From Utricularia gibba (lineage: Eukaryota > Plantae > Magnoliophyta), in contig CM007991.1 in the NCBI GenBank assembly GCA_002189035.1, positions 1,612,001-1,676,000 on the forward strand: a stretch of DNA of 64,000 bases, read 5' to 3'. A model generated the notes under the pieces. The model had not been told where the DNA came from. It worked only from the letters and a program-made list of their open reading frames with translations, and did not search any database. Positions 44,001-56,517 of this stretch are shown here, in pieces. Both the position numbers and the translations under genes were made by a program. Numbering within the stretch: position 1 is the stretch's first letter; each line of letters starts with the position of its first letter.

Positions 44001-46674
44001 AATTCTAAGTTTAGACCCCAGAATAGCATCAGCTATACAGCTTGCATATTCATCATCTTCGTTCCCTGTTATTCCACCAAAGGTGCAAGGGCAGGATATG
44101 GCTCCTCCATCTCAACAATTGCAGCATGTTGCAAAAGTGCTTAAACCACCATTGCCCCAACCAGCCATAGCAGAATCAGTATTGCATGGCTCTCCCGCCA
44201 GAGAAGAGGGTGAGGTTCCAGAATCTGAACTGGATCCCGATACGAGGAGAAGGCTACTGATTTTGCAGCATGGCCAAGACACCAGAGAACCGCCAGCACC
44301 TAGTGAAGGACAATTTTCTGGTAGGCTGCCTATGCAGGTTAATTTACCTAGGGCTTCTCCACCAGGTTGGTTTCCAGTTGAAGAGGAGATGAGCCCAAGA
44401 CAGCTGAACCGACGGGCACCATCTGTGGAATTTAATGGAGAGACAATCCCGGATGGCAGACATTGGAGCCATCATGCACCTTTTCTTCATAAAGATGATG
44501 CATTACTCCTGCCAGGGAGGCCACATGAAAACGTGAGGCTTAGCAGGGAGGTACTGGATTTTTATGGTTATTGAGGTTCTTTTTTGGCAGATTTTAGTGT
44601 CAGTATCATAATGATTAACTTCAAGTACACTGATTGTCAATTTGCGCTTCTCTACAGGAACTTTCAAGAGGAGACATGCTAAGATTGAATCAGTCTTCTC
44701 CCGAGTTCCATCAATTTTCAAGAGGTAATTCACTCCTAAAAACCCTGGATTTAGTTCTATGTCTATTTGAATGCCAAGATTTGTTTGGAGTCGTAGGCTT
44801 TGTTAAGCAGTAATGGAATTTCTGATTGTGCTGCAATAGTTATTTTTTTCTTCCTTCAACTCTGTGAGGCATGTTTCCTATTATATTTCTTGATAAAATG
44901 ACATGGTTAACGTAGTACTAACTGCTGGAACAAAATGGCAACGATTAGCTGAATATATAATTTTCTTAATTAGAATAAATTGCATGTTTTTTCTGTTTAA
45001 TGGGACCGTAAACCACAGAATATTGAGCCCATTCTTCTCTTGTTTTGGGGATGCAAAGATATGAACTCAAGTGATAAAGATAAGATTTTTGGTCCTCGCT
45101 TTGTGAACCTTCGTAGGTGAGGAAAGCACAGTAGCAAAGCTATCAGTTGGAAAAATCCTTGCAAGCAAATCTGGTCAAATTGATCCCGCCATTGAAACCT
45201 TTTCTGGAGCATTACAAGAAATTGCATTTCAATGTGGAACTAAGGTGTGTGATTTGCTATGCTTTAAACTTCTGGCTTTATTTCGTGGCCTAGACTCTTT
45301 ATTTTTCTCTGTTAATTTGTAGGTGGAATTCAAGCCATCTCTAGTATCAAGTATTGAATTGCAGTTCTCAGTAGAGGTGTGTTCCTGCAATTGCGTCACC
45401 TGTAATTGTGGCACATTGTTGAAGGAATCGTGTCATCTTTTGATTTAAACTCCTGCATCTGCCGCTTATCCCCGTGTTCAAAATTTCAGGTTTTTTTTGC
45501 TGGACAAAAAATTGGAAAGGCCATTGGTAATACAAGAAGGGAAGCACAGAACCATGCTGCAGAAGAAGCTGTTTTCTATTTGGCCCGTGAGTCTTGATCT
45601 CTAAAAAAGTGTTTCTCTATCATTTTTTTTAAAAATTTTGTAACGGGTTAACGAGTGTGCATACAATCTTCATGAAAAATCATGTATTTGTGTTTGTTGA
45701 CGGTATCCGTCATGCTTCAAAGACTCTGTTTAACTGCTTGATCTGATGTTATGCAGGCAAATACTTGTCTCAATCAAAATCGGATGTTGTGCATGCACCT
45801 GAGAGCCAGAGTAAAATTGGGAACAGTGATTTCACTGGTGATGCCACCCGTGGCTATCAACTATTTTCCAAGGAAACATCCGTGCCTTCAACATCAATGC
45901 ATGATGCCTCAAGGAAATCTGTGGGTTTCATCTCTGCGCTCAAGGAAGTGGTAAGTATCAAAACAAACTTTTTTAGGCAATACAGAAAGTTAATGCTTTT
46001 TGCATGGACTTTCTATAGTTTAAGTGATTCCTAGGCTTCAAGCCTCATGTTTCAATGTCGATTTTTAATGGTCCAGTGCATGATAGAGGGCTTTGACGTC
46101 GACTTTCAAATTCGACCTCATTTTCCAGTTAACCGAGGTCAGAAAAACGAAGCTTATGTCGAGGTTAGTCTATCAAAAAAATGTTTTTCATGGACTGAGA
46201 CACTTCATGTCAGTAATATTTACTTCAAACTTTCGGAGTTTCAGGTTGAAGTTAATGGTCAAGTGCTCGGCAAAGGCATTGGAGCATCATGGGAGGACGC
46301 CAAGTCACAGGTAATGTCATCGTAGTTCAAGCTGGCGCCTTCTACACGTAACACTGTTACTGATTTTCCTGAAACTGCGTCACGCAGGCAGCAGAGAAAG
46401 CTCTCGCCGCCTTGAGATCCATTCTCGCGCAGCCCTCATACAAACGCCAGGGTTCCCGAGGTGAGATGTTTTTGGCCACACTGTACGAACTTATTATACT
46501 GATGTCTGGACGAGGGCAATGGCTTTGAACACCCAAACTCCATGCTCTGTCTCCTGAACTGTGCATCTTTACAGGCCCATGCACCAAGGGAATCCCAGTA
46601 AGAGGTCAAAACCTGAATTCTCTCGAGGTTTACCGCAACTATCCACTTCCCTTCGACACCCCAGGCCATCTTAA
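41057..46674 (+). CDS. CPL1: RNA polymerase II CTD phosphatase-like 1 (FCP1 domain plus two dsRBMs), multi-exon; apparent 1-nt deficit at 46455-46457
   Basis: [13 protein letters not shown], catalytic [56 protein letters not shown]; C-terminal [11 protein letters not shown] in the last exon after frame correction. Confidence 0.93.
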
Positions 46675-47134
46675 CTCCCATCAAACTGCACTGCAGCAAC
46701 CCCTTTCCCCATTTTGGAGTTTGTGTACATAGGAGCTGCTCTCTTTGAGATCATCTGTGAATTAATGGGTAACCAGTCCAAGTTTTCCACTCCCCCACAC
46801 CCATCATTACACGAGGAAGAGGCCTTTGACTGCAAATCTCAAAGAAAGAGATGCACAGCTCTGCTGCAGATGATTTGAAGAGGGAAGGTGCCCCCTCAGG
46901 GTCCGGTTCCTTGTAGGAACCCAACTCTTCTGCCTATCCTTGAACTTGATCAAAATCATTTTTTTTTTCTAAGTCTGCATTTACAGTTATGGTCTTAATA
47001 TGCTTACCATCGTCCATTTCTCTGCCAAAAGCATTAAGTGAATTTATGATGTTATTTTAATTATTAATTTTTTAATTACTCATATAACCAATACTTCTGA
47101 ACAATGTGTTAATGGGAGGGTTGCCTTCTCGGTC

Positions 47135-47330
47135 GCCACGTGGCGGAGGTGACGCACGGGTGGCCTAGGTTTTATGGTGTTTTTTCTCGGTTTCACAGCA
47201 TATGGATTCGTGCCACGTGTCAGCATCCACGGTCCACGATAATAATTGTTTCACCACGTTGACCGCGCACCGTAAGCGCGTCGTGCCCCACTCCAAGAGC
47301 CGACCTTCCCACGTTTCGTCTTCTGGCCAA
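47135..47330. promoter_or_regulatory. G-box/ACGT cluster upstream of the F-box gene
   Basis: Palindromic GCCACGTGGC at 47135-47144, CACGTG at 47214-47219 and further CACGTT cores. Confidence 0.45.
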
Positions 47331-47618
47331 TAACGGCTGCATGCTATTCTACGCGGCGGTTCCGATTTTTATATTATACTTTAAAAAAAAAATTAAATCC
47401 CACAGAAAATTCCACGCCGTTGATCTCAGAAGTAAAAAAGAGGCTCTCATTGAATCAGAATTTACTTTTCTGTGGCAACTGAAGTTGTGAATGGAATATA
47501 TATGTCGTTTCCTTGTTGACTAAAACCCATTACTTCACATCTTCTATCTTTTAGATTTTTTAGGGTTTCGATTATTTATTAGATTCTCTCATCTGCTGAC
47601 TGCTGCTGCAATCGAGGT

Positions 47619-48243
47619 ATGGGGAGGATCGCGGTGCTGGAATCAGGCTTCTAAGAAAAAGTACTTCTTTTGGAAGGAAAAGGGTTGTTTCTTTACCCGC
47701 TTCTCGTACCCATTTTGTCGACCATTTCGATTGCATTTCACAGAGGACGCAGTCCTCTTTCGGGAGATCACCGCTTCAAGATTTGCCTCAGGAGATTCTG
47801 GTTCATGCCCTGGCTCTGTTTCATATCACGCTTGATTTGCTCTGTTTCTGTTGAATTGAATTCAGCAACTCATGATGGGTTTTGAATGCAGATTAAAATC
47901 GTTTGTGGGGTGGAACACGAGGATCTGAAACAGTTGCTCTTGGTCTGTAAGGCCATGAAAGAAGCCGTAAGTTTGGTTGTTTGTTCATCATAATCCCTTC
48001 TCTGCTGCAACTCGAATTAGCTCTGAGTTGCGGAAAATGCAGACGTTGATCGCGAAGCAGTGCCATTTCGCGTACAGCACTCCGAGGAAGACACTGAGGG
48101 GGCTTGAGGAAATATTGATGTGGAGTGACGTCGAGGCGCCCAACGCTCCCCGGCAGCCGCGATTACATCGCAGATCGTTGACGCCCAAGAAACTCGCTGC
48201 CATTTCTATCGCACTTTTTTCTCCTGAAACGGAAACAAACTGA
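47619..48243 (+). CDS. FBS1: F-box protein, FBS1/SKIP27-like, 3 exons; apparent 1-nt deficit at 47621-47624
   Basis: STSFGRKRVV...SPLQDLPQEIL|IKIVCGVEHEDLKQLLLVCKAMKEA|TLIAKQCHFAYSTPRK...EAPNAPRQ...ISIALF. The ATG at 47619 is out of frame by one base. Confidence 0.82.
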
Positions 48244-48425
48244 ATTTCATTCATATCCTGTGTAACAGCACACCACGCTTGTAAAGTAGAAAGCCTTCTT
48301 TGTTCTGTATCGATTCTTCAGCTTCCGGTCGTTGGAGAAGATGACGGCATGGCCCCTTGGATCTTTATCCATTAAGACACCCCATATTTTATTTTTTAAT
48401 TAATTTATTAATATATTCGCTTCTA

Positions 48426-48729
48426 TGGGCCACAATCAAAAAGCCCTCTTCATTTTATACCAAAGCAGCTTTTCAATCAAGCCCATAAGGTTAATATCTA
48501 AAGCCCGATAAGCGGGTTTTGGCCCATCCGCAACACAGAAATTTAACTTATGAATTTTTAAAATTTTTTGGAATATATTCTATTTTTAAAACATCGCTTA
48601 AGAATCAATTTTATTTTCAAATAAGACCGATATATTAACAATAATATATTTGTTAATCAAGAAGGATAAAAAAATGAATATGTGGGCCCCGGTTGAAAAA
48701 TAATGATTTTCAAGACATCCTTGGGCCCA
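48426..48729. promoter_or_regulatory. Site II (TGGGCY) cluster upstream of the NDB gene
   Basis: TGGGCC/T or its reverse complement at 48426, 48480, 48521, 48683 and 48722/48724. Such elements are commonly enriched upstream of nuclear genes for mitochondrial proteins. Confidence 0.45.
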
Positions 48730-49023
48730 CATTTCGAGCTATAGTTCACCCTTGCGCTATGGAAAGGACACGTGTGCTTTAGGAGCTTGTCTTTCCTTTT
48801 ATTCGGAAATCCAACGGAAAGAAATCCGGCGCGGTGGCGCGGGAATGTCTGGGTATTTCGCGGATCACTGAGTTCTCCTCGAGTACACCTTTCGGTGATC
48901 TATCAGCAGCTTGTGGGGGATGAATTTTTCTTCGTTTACTTTTCGTTGCTGCGTGTTAGATGACGTTGTTGGAGGCTATTTAACTTCAATTAGTCTTCAC
49001 TTGAAGTTTAGGGTATTCTGAAA

Positions 49024-51918
49024 ATGGCGGCGTTCCAGAGGATTGGCCGAACACTACGCGAAAGGCCTGGGTTAACTAAATTGCTAATTGTTGTCACTGT
49101 CAGGTAATCTTTGATCTTCTAATGACGCATTTTGTATTTCCGCTGTGTTTTTAGAGATTTTAATTTGGGTGGATCCGTCTCGTTTAGTTTGGGTGAGATT
49201 AGACGCGAAAGTTATATGATCTGCTTACGTATTGTTGGTATGGTTGGTTCAGTAGTCTGTCAGCATTAAGTTCGTCCGGTGATTTAGTAGCTCTTTATAA
49301 CTTGGGATCCCTTTGAGCGGCAGTGGTGGCGGTGTTATGGGATTTGCTGATGCATCGCCAGAAAATGCAGTGAATACTGCAAGTTCAATTGGTTCGGAGA
49401 GAATGAAAAAGAGAGTGGTAGTGCTTGGAACTGGCTGGGCTGGAACAAGTTTTTTGAAAAAACTGAAAAATCCAGATTATGAGGTGCAAGTGATATCGCC
49501 CCGCAACTATTTTGCGTTCACCCACTACTACCAAGTGTGACATGTGGAACTGTAGAACCTCGCAGCATAGTTGAGCCTATCCGCAATATAATCAGAAAGG
49601 TAAGGCTTGTATAGTTGCGATCTCTGTGCTAAATGATAACACTGAGAACGTTTGGCTCGGTTTGTTTGTTACATGAACTCATCGAAAATTTGAAGGTTTA
49701 CTTTCGTGGAAGGCTTTTCCAAGTGGCCAATGCTTATCTCTTGATTTTTCACCCCCCTTTTTGTCGTAGAAAAATGTAGGAGCTCATTACTGTGAAGCAG
49801 AATGCTTCAGGATTGATGCAAAAGAGAAGAAAGTTTATTGTCATTCTAGAACGCTGGGTAGTCATACTGACGAAGAAGTGATTATTGTCGACTATGACTA
49901 CCTCGTCATTGCTGTTGGAGCTCGATCAAACACATTCAACATCCCTGGTGTGGCAGAGCATTGCCATTTCTTGAAAGTATATCAAGATGCTTTTCTGTGT
50001 AACAGTATTCAATTATATTTATTTATTTATCCCTGAAATTTTGAACTATTTAGTTGGCTTTTCTGATTTATGGAAATGGTCTGAATATACCAAAATTTTT
50101 AGCGCTGTTGTGGCTCTTACTTTCATTGCAGGAAGTAGAAGATGCTCAAAAGATCCGCCGCACAGTTATTGATTGTTTTGAAAGAGCATCTTTGCCTAAC
50201 CTCAATGAAGAAGAGAGAAAGAAAATCCTTCATTTCATTGTTGTTGGTGGAGGACCAACTGGTGTTGAGTTTGCTGCAGAGCTTCATGATTTTGTGAATG
50301 AAGATCTGGTGAGGTTATACCCCAAAGTTAAAGAAGCAGTTAAGATAACGCTCGTTGAAGCAACTGACCACATCCTAAATATGTACGATTTTTCTAGTAC
50401 CAAAGATTTGTCCTGTTACAGCTTCTGTAAAATGGAAATGTAGCAATCATATTAAAATTCCTTTTTTTTTTTTTTTTTACTATCAGGCACTAGATTCAAA
50501 CCACCGTAGGTGCTTCCCATCAGTTATGAATCTCTGAAGTCTTTTACCGCAGGTTTGACAAAAGAATTACAGCATTTGCCGAGGAAAAATTTCAGAGAGA
50601 TGGCATTCATGTGAAAACTGGTGCTATGGTTGTCAAAGTATCAGATGAAGATATTTCTATAAAAGAAGTTAAGCAAGGTGGGGATGTATCCACTCTCCCC
50701 TATGGCATGGTTGTCTGGTCAACTGGCATTGGCACTCGTCCAATTATTGTAGATTTTATGAAGCAGATTGGCCAGGTAATCCACTAGAGACACAGAATTA
50801 TCCTTTTTTTTCAATCTTTGATGACTGTAAATTTTAGCGGATGATATCTTGCGCTTGCTGCCACCCAGGGTAGTAGACGTGCAATTGCAACAGATGAGTG
50901 GTTGCGAGTGAATGAATGTGATGGTGTTTATGCAATTGGGGACTGTGCAACAATTTATCAGCGCAAAGTCATGGTAACCAACTTTATGTGATACCTCTTG
51001 CTTTACATTGTGGCCTATCTAAAATGCTAGTTTTTGAAACTTGTAAGGATGACATTTGGGCGATATTTCAAAAAGCAGATAAGGACAACTCTGCAACACT
51101 TACGGTGACGGAATTCCAAGAAGTGATTGATGATATATGTGAAAGATACCCCCAGGTTGCACTCTACTTGAAAAATAAAAGGATGACTAATCTGGTTGAC
51201 CTCCTTAAAGATTCCAAAGGTGATGCTGCAAAGGAATCTGTTGAAGTCAACCTCGATGAATTCAAGGCTGCCCTTTCTCAGGTGGATTCTCAAATGAAGA
51301 ATCTTCCAGCTACTGCCCAGGTTAGAACTTGGATACCGCAGCTTTTGAAAATTTCAACATGGGTATCCAAAAGCATAGAAAAAGCAAATTGGTTATTATA
51401 GATGATGACAGATAACATCAGTTCTTTTATGGATTTCAGGTTGCTGCACAGCAAGGTTCTTATCTTGCTGACTGCGTTAACCGTATGGAAGAGTGCGAGA
51501 GAAAACCAGAAGGGCCTCTGCGTTTCAGAGGTGAAGGACGTCATCGTTTCAAACCCTTCAGGTACAAAAATCCAACTGAACCGCAGCAACCACAACTTAC
51601 TAAATCCCTCCTCATTTTTCCTAAGATACAAGCATTTTGGACAATTTGCTCCTCTGGGAGGTGAACAAACTGCTGCCCAGCTTCCTGGAGACTGGGTTTC
51701 AATTGGTCAAAGCACACAGTGGCTTTGGTATTCTGTCTACGCAAGGTGTGATTGCCATCTTCTCCCCATAACAATTCCTTCTTCAGTCATGTAACTCCAT
51801 GGTTAGCTAACCACCTTGAGGCATCTGCAGCAAGCTCGTTAGCTGGAGAACAAGAGCACTGGTGATATCAGATTGGGTGAGACGCTTCGTCTTCGGGAGG
51901 GACTCAAGCGGCATATAG
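49024..51918 (+). CDS. NDB2: External alternative NAD(P)H:ubiquinone oxidoreductase B (NDB2-like), EF-hand type, multi-exon; apparent 1-nt deficit at 49521-49523
   Basis: KKRVVVLGTGWAG, SPRNYFAF, IVVGGGPTGVEFAAELHDF, EF-hand DKDNSATLTVTEF, NLPATAQVAAQQG, LVSWRTRALVISDWVRRFVFGRDSSGI*. Paralogue assignment (NDB2 vs NDB3/4) is uncertain. Confidence 0.9.
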
Positions 51919-52229
51919 TTCACACAAGCAAGAAGCCACCCTTTCCCTTCAGGTCCAACTTGCTCCTCAGACCCCATCCTGGTGCCCATCTTGCTATTTG
52001 GCTCACACTTGTGTTCTCATCGAAACTATAGTTAAATAATCATGGTTGAATTCTTTTGGACTGCAAATCCTTCACCGGTCAAATTTGATTGAATTACAAG
52101 TAAACTGTTTTAGAATGACGATCGTTCAGACAAATACATTTTTTCATCTGCTTTTGTCAACAATTCTTGTGTCTGCTGTGGAGGTCTAAAACACCAAATG
52201 TCGGCCCCGTCGCATTGTGGGGATGAAGT

Positions 52230-52415
52230 CCACGTCACGCGAAATCGGCAGGCCACGTGTCACGGCCCCGTGGATAAGGAATGGAACAAGAGGAAAAGGA
52301 CGACGACGACCACTGGTCACTTGTCCGAATAGGGGGACAACATTCCACGTGTCAATTTCCGCATTTACAAAACCCTTTCTCCCTTTTTCTTCCCACATGG
52401 GATCTTATCCACGTA
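52230..52415. promoter_or_regulatory. ABRE/G-box cluster between the NDB and AFB genes
   Basis: CCACGTGTCA at 52253-52262 and 52345-52354; CCACGTCA at 52230; CCACGTA at about 52409. Confidence 0.45.
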
Positions 52416-54074
52416 CCCAAATCATTCGATCCCCCTAAAAGAATGTAATTTAGGGTTTCTAAAAAAAGCGCTTCATTGAAATTCTTACATAATTTTTTTT
52501 CACCAATTTACTTTCTATTCTAATACAAGAGTAAAAATAGCGTGCAAGGTGAAGGTGATAATCATTTTATTATATATTAAATTAAAAAATTTACACTATT
52601 AATAATCTTTTTTTTCGTAGAATGCATGATATATGGTCACATTTATAGTTCATCCATTCTCTAGGTCCCTTCAATCATTCGAGGGAAGCCAACTAGAAAA
52701 TGAACTATCTTTTTTTTATCAATATTTTTTTTTTAAAAATAGAATAACAGCTGGATGGCTGCTGCTTTTACCATTTTCAAAACGATGCACAATAAAAATA
52801 AATTTTAATTACAAAAATAGCATCCGTAAATTGGATTCCCAGTTGGGTAATAACATGGGAAAACAGCTGGATTTGGTGGACTGCTATTGAATCGGGTCAA
52901 GATCCATGAAACCGACTTGGCCCGCCCGTATGTCGATTGACACTTCTACCCACAAAGCCGACTCAACGATTCTCCTTGCAGAAGGCGGTTACAGTCATTT
53001 TCTTTCTATTGACGTTTAAAATCTGTGTGCAGCGGGGAAAGGGGAAAAAAGGAGTAGGGCTTATTATGCTATCGTGCGCCAGACGGCGATACGGCTACAC
53101 GTGGAGGATGAAAAGATGGGCGGTGCGTGGATCCGAGGGTGGAGGAGCTCCGGGTGTTTTCAGTCGCCATTATTTGTCAAAAGGGTTAGCTTCCTTCGTC
53201 CGTTGTGGGTGGGGTTGCGTAATAATGGAAGGCTTTTATTCGGTAGCGGTAGTTGTACACGGTCTTCCTTGGGCGCTTCTTACGAATTTCCTTGAGAAGT
53301 AGGGTATATATATAGTAGTGATGTATACATTTTGGGGGTTTCATTGGATAAGCATGTCACTGGTTCATCATCGAAGTTTATACTGTAGAATTTCCTGTCA
53401 CTGTTTGTTGGGGTGCGACGCTTTTTCTTATATCTGCTAGTGGGTTTTGGGATGACTGGATGCTTTCCTTGGATCTCTGACTTCTCTTCCCCCAAGCGCT
53501 TGGTACTGAGGTGAAGGTCCCAATTGCAGAATTCTCTTCCTCGCTTGTCTTTTGCTTGGGTTCTTGCGCAAATCTTGCTTTGACCCAGAAGTTGTGCTTC
53601 TGGCGTTGTTGTTTTGTGTAGATCCCATTAAATTTTTGGACTTGCGAGGGTTATCCAGATGCTGCTTTGACTTTTGTTATGGTTTATTGGTTTTAGGTAA
53701 TTAAGATTGCGCTTTTTGCGGTAGTCTTGAATAATTTCTTCTTTTTTTGGGATTTGTCTTTAATTGATTGCGCTTTTGCCTACTTTCGATGCTGGAACTT
53801 AGCTAGTGACTAGGATTTGTTGGTCGATCTCTTCACGAATCTTGTGTGTAGATTCGGCGTGGTATCTTGAAATGGGATGGGTTTTGAATCTCTCTGAGTT
53901 CCTTATGGTTTGTGGGATTCTGATGATAAAAACTTGGTCTTTTACGTGGCTGCATAAAATTCTCGGACTGATTAAGCTGGGCATCGTTGTGAGGTTTTCC
54001 TGTTTAATTTCTACAGGACATTCGACATTTGAATCTGCGCTGGCCCTGAGTAAATCGCCTTAGGGAAACCTCGA

Positions 54075-56517
54075 ATGGTTTTCAGTCAAAAAAGATTCAA
54101 GGACTACCCGTCACTCAAACCCATGTCAAATGGATCAATACATTTTCATTCTCCTTTCCCAGATGAGGTATTGGAGAAAATTCTTTCATTTGTAGATTCA
54201 CACAAGGACCGGAATTCGGTCTCCCTTGTGTGTAAAGACTGGTATAATGCCGAGAGATGGACAAGATCAAAGCTCTTCATTGGAAATTGCTATGCTGTGT
54301 CCCCTGAAATCGTGGCTAAAAGGTTTCCAAGAATTAAAAGTGTACTACTCAAGGGGAAACCCAGGTTTTCGGATTTCAATATGCTTCCATCAGGTTGGGG
54401 AGCAAATGTGCATGCCTGGCTGATTAAATTTTCCAGTGTTTACCCGTTTCTGGAGGAGCTGAGGTTGAAGAGAATGATGATCGGCGATGATAGTTTACAG
54501 CTGTTGGCAGATTCTTTTCCCGGCTTCAAAGCTTTGTCTCTTTCTAGTTGTGAAGGCTTTTCCAATGATGGACTCAAAGCCATTGCTAGAAATTGCAGGT
54601 AAACAGTCCCAGCTTTTAGTCTTTTAGTCGTTTAGTCGTGGAGTTTCATATTGAGTATTTATAAGGCCTACATATGTACCTTCTAATGAAGGCTTTAGGA
54701 TCTGATTGAAGGATCTTCCTGTTTTTCTTTTTATCCGTTTTTTTCTGACAAGCATCTATCTGTTGCCCTTTTACATGATGGTAGAAGTTTTTCGAATAAC
54801 TGTAATGCTAAGGTTGCATGGAGTGGCTTCTTGAATGGAGTACCACGGGTAGATTCTCTCTATGGGGAGTAGGCATGTTGGTCGGGAGCCCTACTCCTTT
54901 TTTTTTAAGTTATTTTCTTGGTTTCTAGTGAGCTGCTTTGTATTATTATTTGTGTTTTCTGTCATTGGATGCCATCACTGGATTCCATTTTTTACCGCTG
55001 GTTTCTTTAGTCTTAACACTCTCCGACATAGAGCATATAGTCATAAGAGATTATGCAAATTTCTTTTCACAAATAGTCATATCACATTGCACAGATGAGG
55101 TTTTTTGCCAGCTTCGATTTTACAGTTCGTTTGCATTCTACAATTCTGTCGGTCTGATGTATTTATCTATTTACAGGAACTTGACCGTGCTTGACATCCA
55201 AGACTGTGTTATGCTGGATGGACGTGGAGACTGGGTGAGCGCATTTCCAGAAAACTTCAACTCACTGGAAGTGCTTAACTTCAGCAGGCTTGACAGTGAT
55301 GTGAAAATTGATGATCTGGAAAGACTTGTTACTCGATGCAGATCATTAAAAGTTCTCAAGCTAAATGAAAGTATTCCTTCAGACCAACTTCATCGGTTGT
55401 TAGTTCACACGGCTCAGCTTACTGAGCTTGGCGTTGGAGTCTCCCTGGAGGTGCCTCAAGACGTACTGTACAAGGATCTTGAGAGTAATCTTAACAAGTG
55501 TAAAAACCTTCAAGTGCTCACAGTTCTATGGGATTCGAATCCTTTCTATCTTCCCATTTTCTTCGGTGCTTGCTCCAGCTTGACTTTCATCAACTTAACT
55601 GATGCACCTCTTGACAGTGGTGATTTTTCAACTCTTCTTAGCAAGTGCCCAAATCTTCGCCGTGTCTGGGTAAGCTTCTTAACATCAACTACAGACTATC
55701 AACAGTGTTTTGGAGGGAAACCTTTTCATTATCGTTGCTAAACAGCTCTTTTAATATCTGGTTCTAGGTTCTTGATACTGTTGAGGACAAGGGCCTTGAA
55801 GCTCTTGGATCAAGTTGTCCCTTGCTTGAAGAATATCGTGTTCTTCCTTACGATCCTTATGACCTTGATCATGACCCTGGTGTAACAGAAGTGGGATTTG
55901 AAGCTGTTTCACGTGGATGCCCCCGGCTTCATTATGTTCTCTACTTCTGTAGGAGGATGACTAATGCTGCTGTCAAGGCTGTTGTTCAAAATTGCCCAGA
56001 TTTCACTCATTTTAGGCTCTGCATTATGAGTCCATGCCAGCCAGATCATACGACAGATGAACCCATGGATGAGGCCTTTGGTGCGGTGACTAGGACTTGC
56101 GGCAAACTCAAAAGACTTTCAATCTCAGGCCTTCTAACTGACTTGACATTTGAGTACATTGGCAGATACGCTAAGAATCTTGAGACGCTTTCTGTTGCTT
56201 TTGCTGGGAGCAGTGATAGGGGGATGCAGTGCGTTCTTGAAGGTTGTCCTAAACTCCGAAAACTTGAGATTAGAGATTGTCCATTCGGAAATGGAGCCTT
56301 GTTAGCAGGGCTTGCGAAATATGAGAAGATGAGATCGCTGTGGATGTCTTCGTGTGCTGTGACAATGAGGGGCTGCAGTGTACTCGCAAAGCAGATGCCG
56401 AGGCTTAATGTTGAAGTGATCAAAGACGAAGAAAACGATATAGCCGAAAAGCTCTATGTATACCGATCATTAGCTGGGCCGAGAACAGATGCCCCTTCCT
56501 TTGTTCTCACTCTTTGA
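54075..56517 (+). CDS. AFB6: TIR1/AFB-family auxin receptor F-box protein, AFB6-like clade, 3 exons (about 54075-54598, 55178-55670, 55770-56517)
   Basis: PFPDEVLEKIL...HKDRNSVSLVCKDWYNAERW...FIGNCYAVSPEI...KGKPRFSDFN; CPDFTHFRLCI, EPMDEAFGAV, LSISGLLTDLTFEYIG, KLRKLEIRDCPFGN. The short N-terminus and the DWYNAERW/DFTHFRLCI/DEAFGAV wording fit AFB6 better than TIR1, AFB2 or AFB5 (from memory). Confidence 0.85.
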
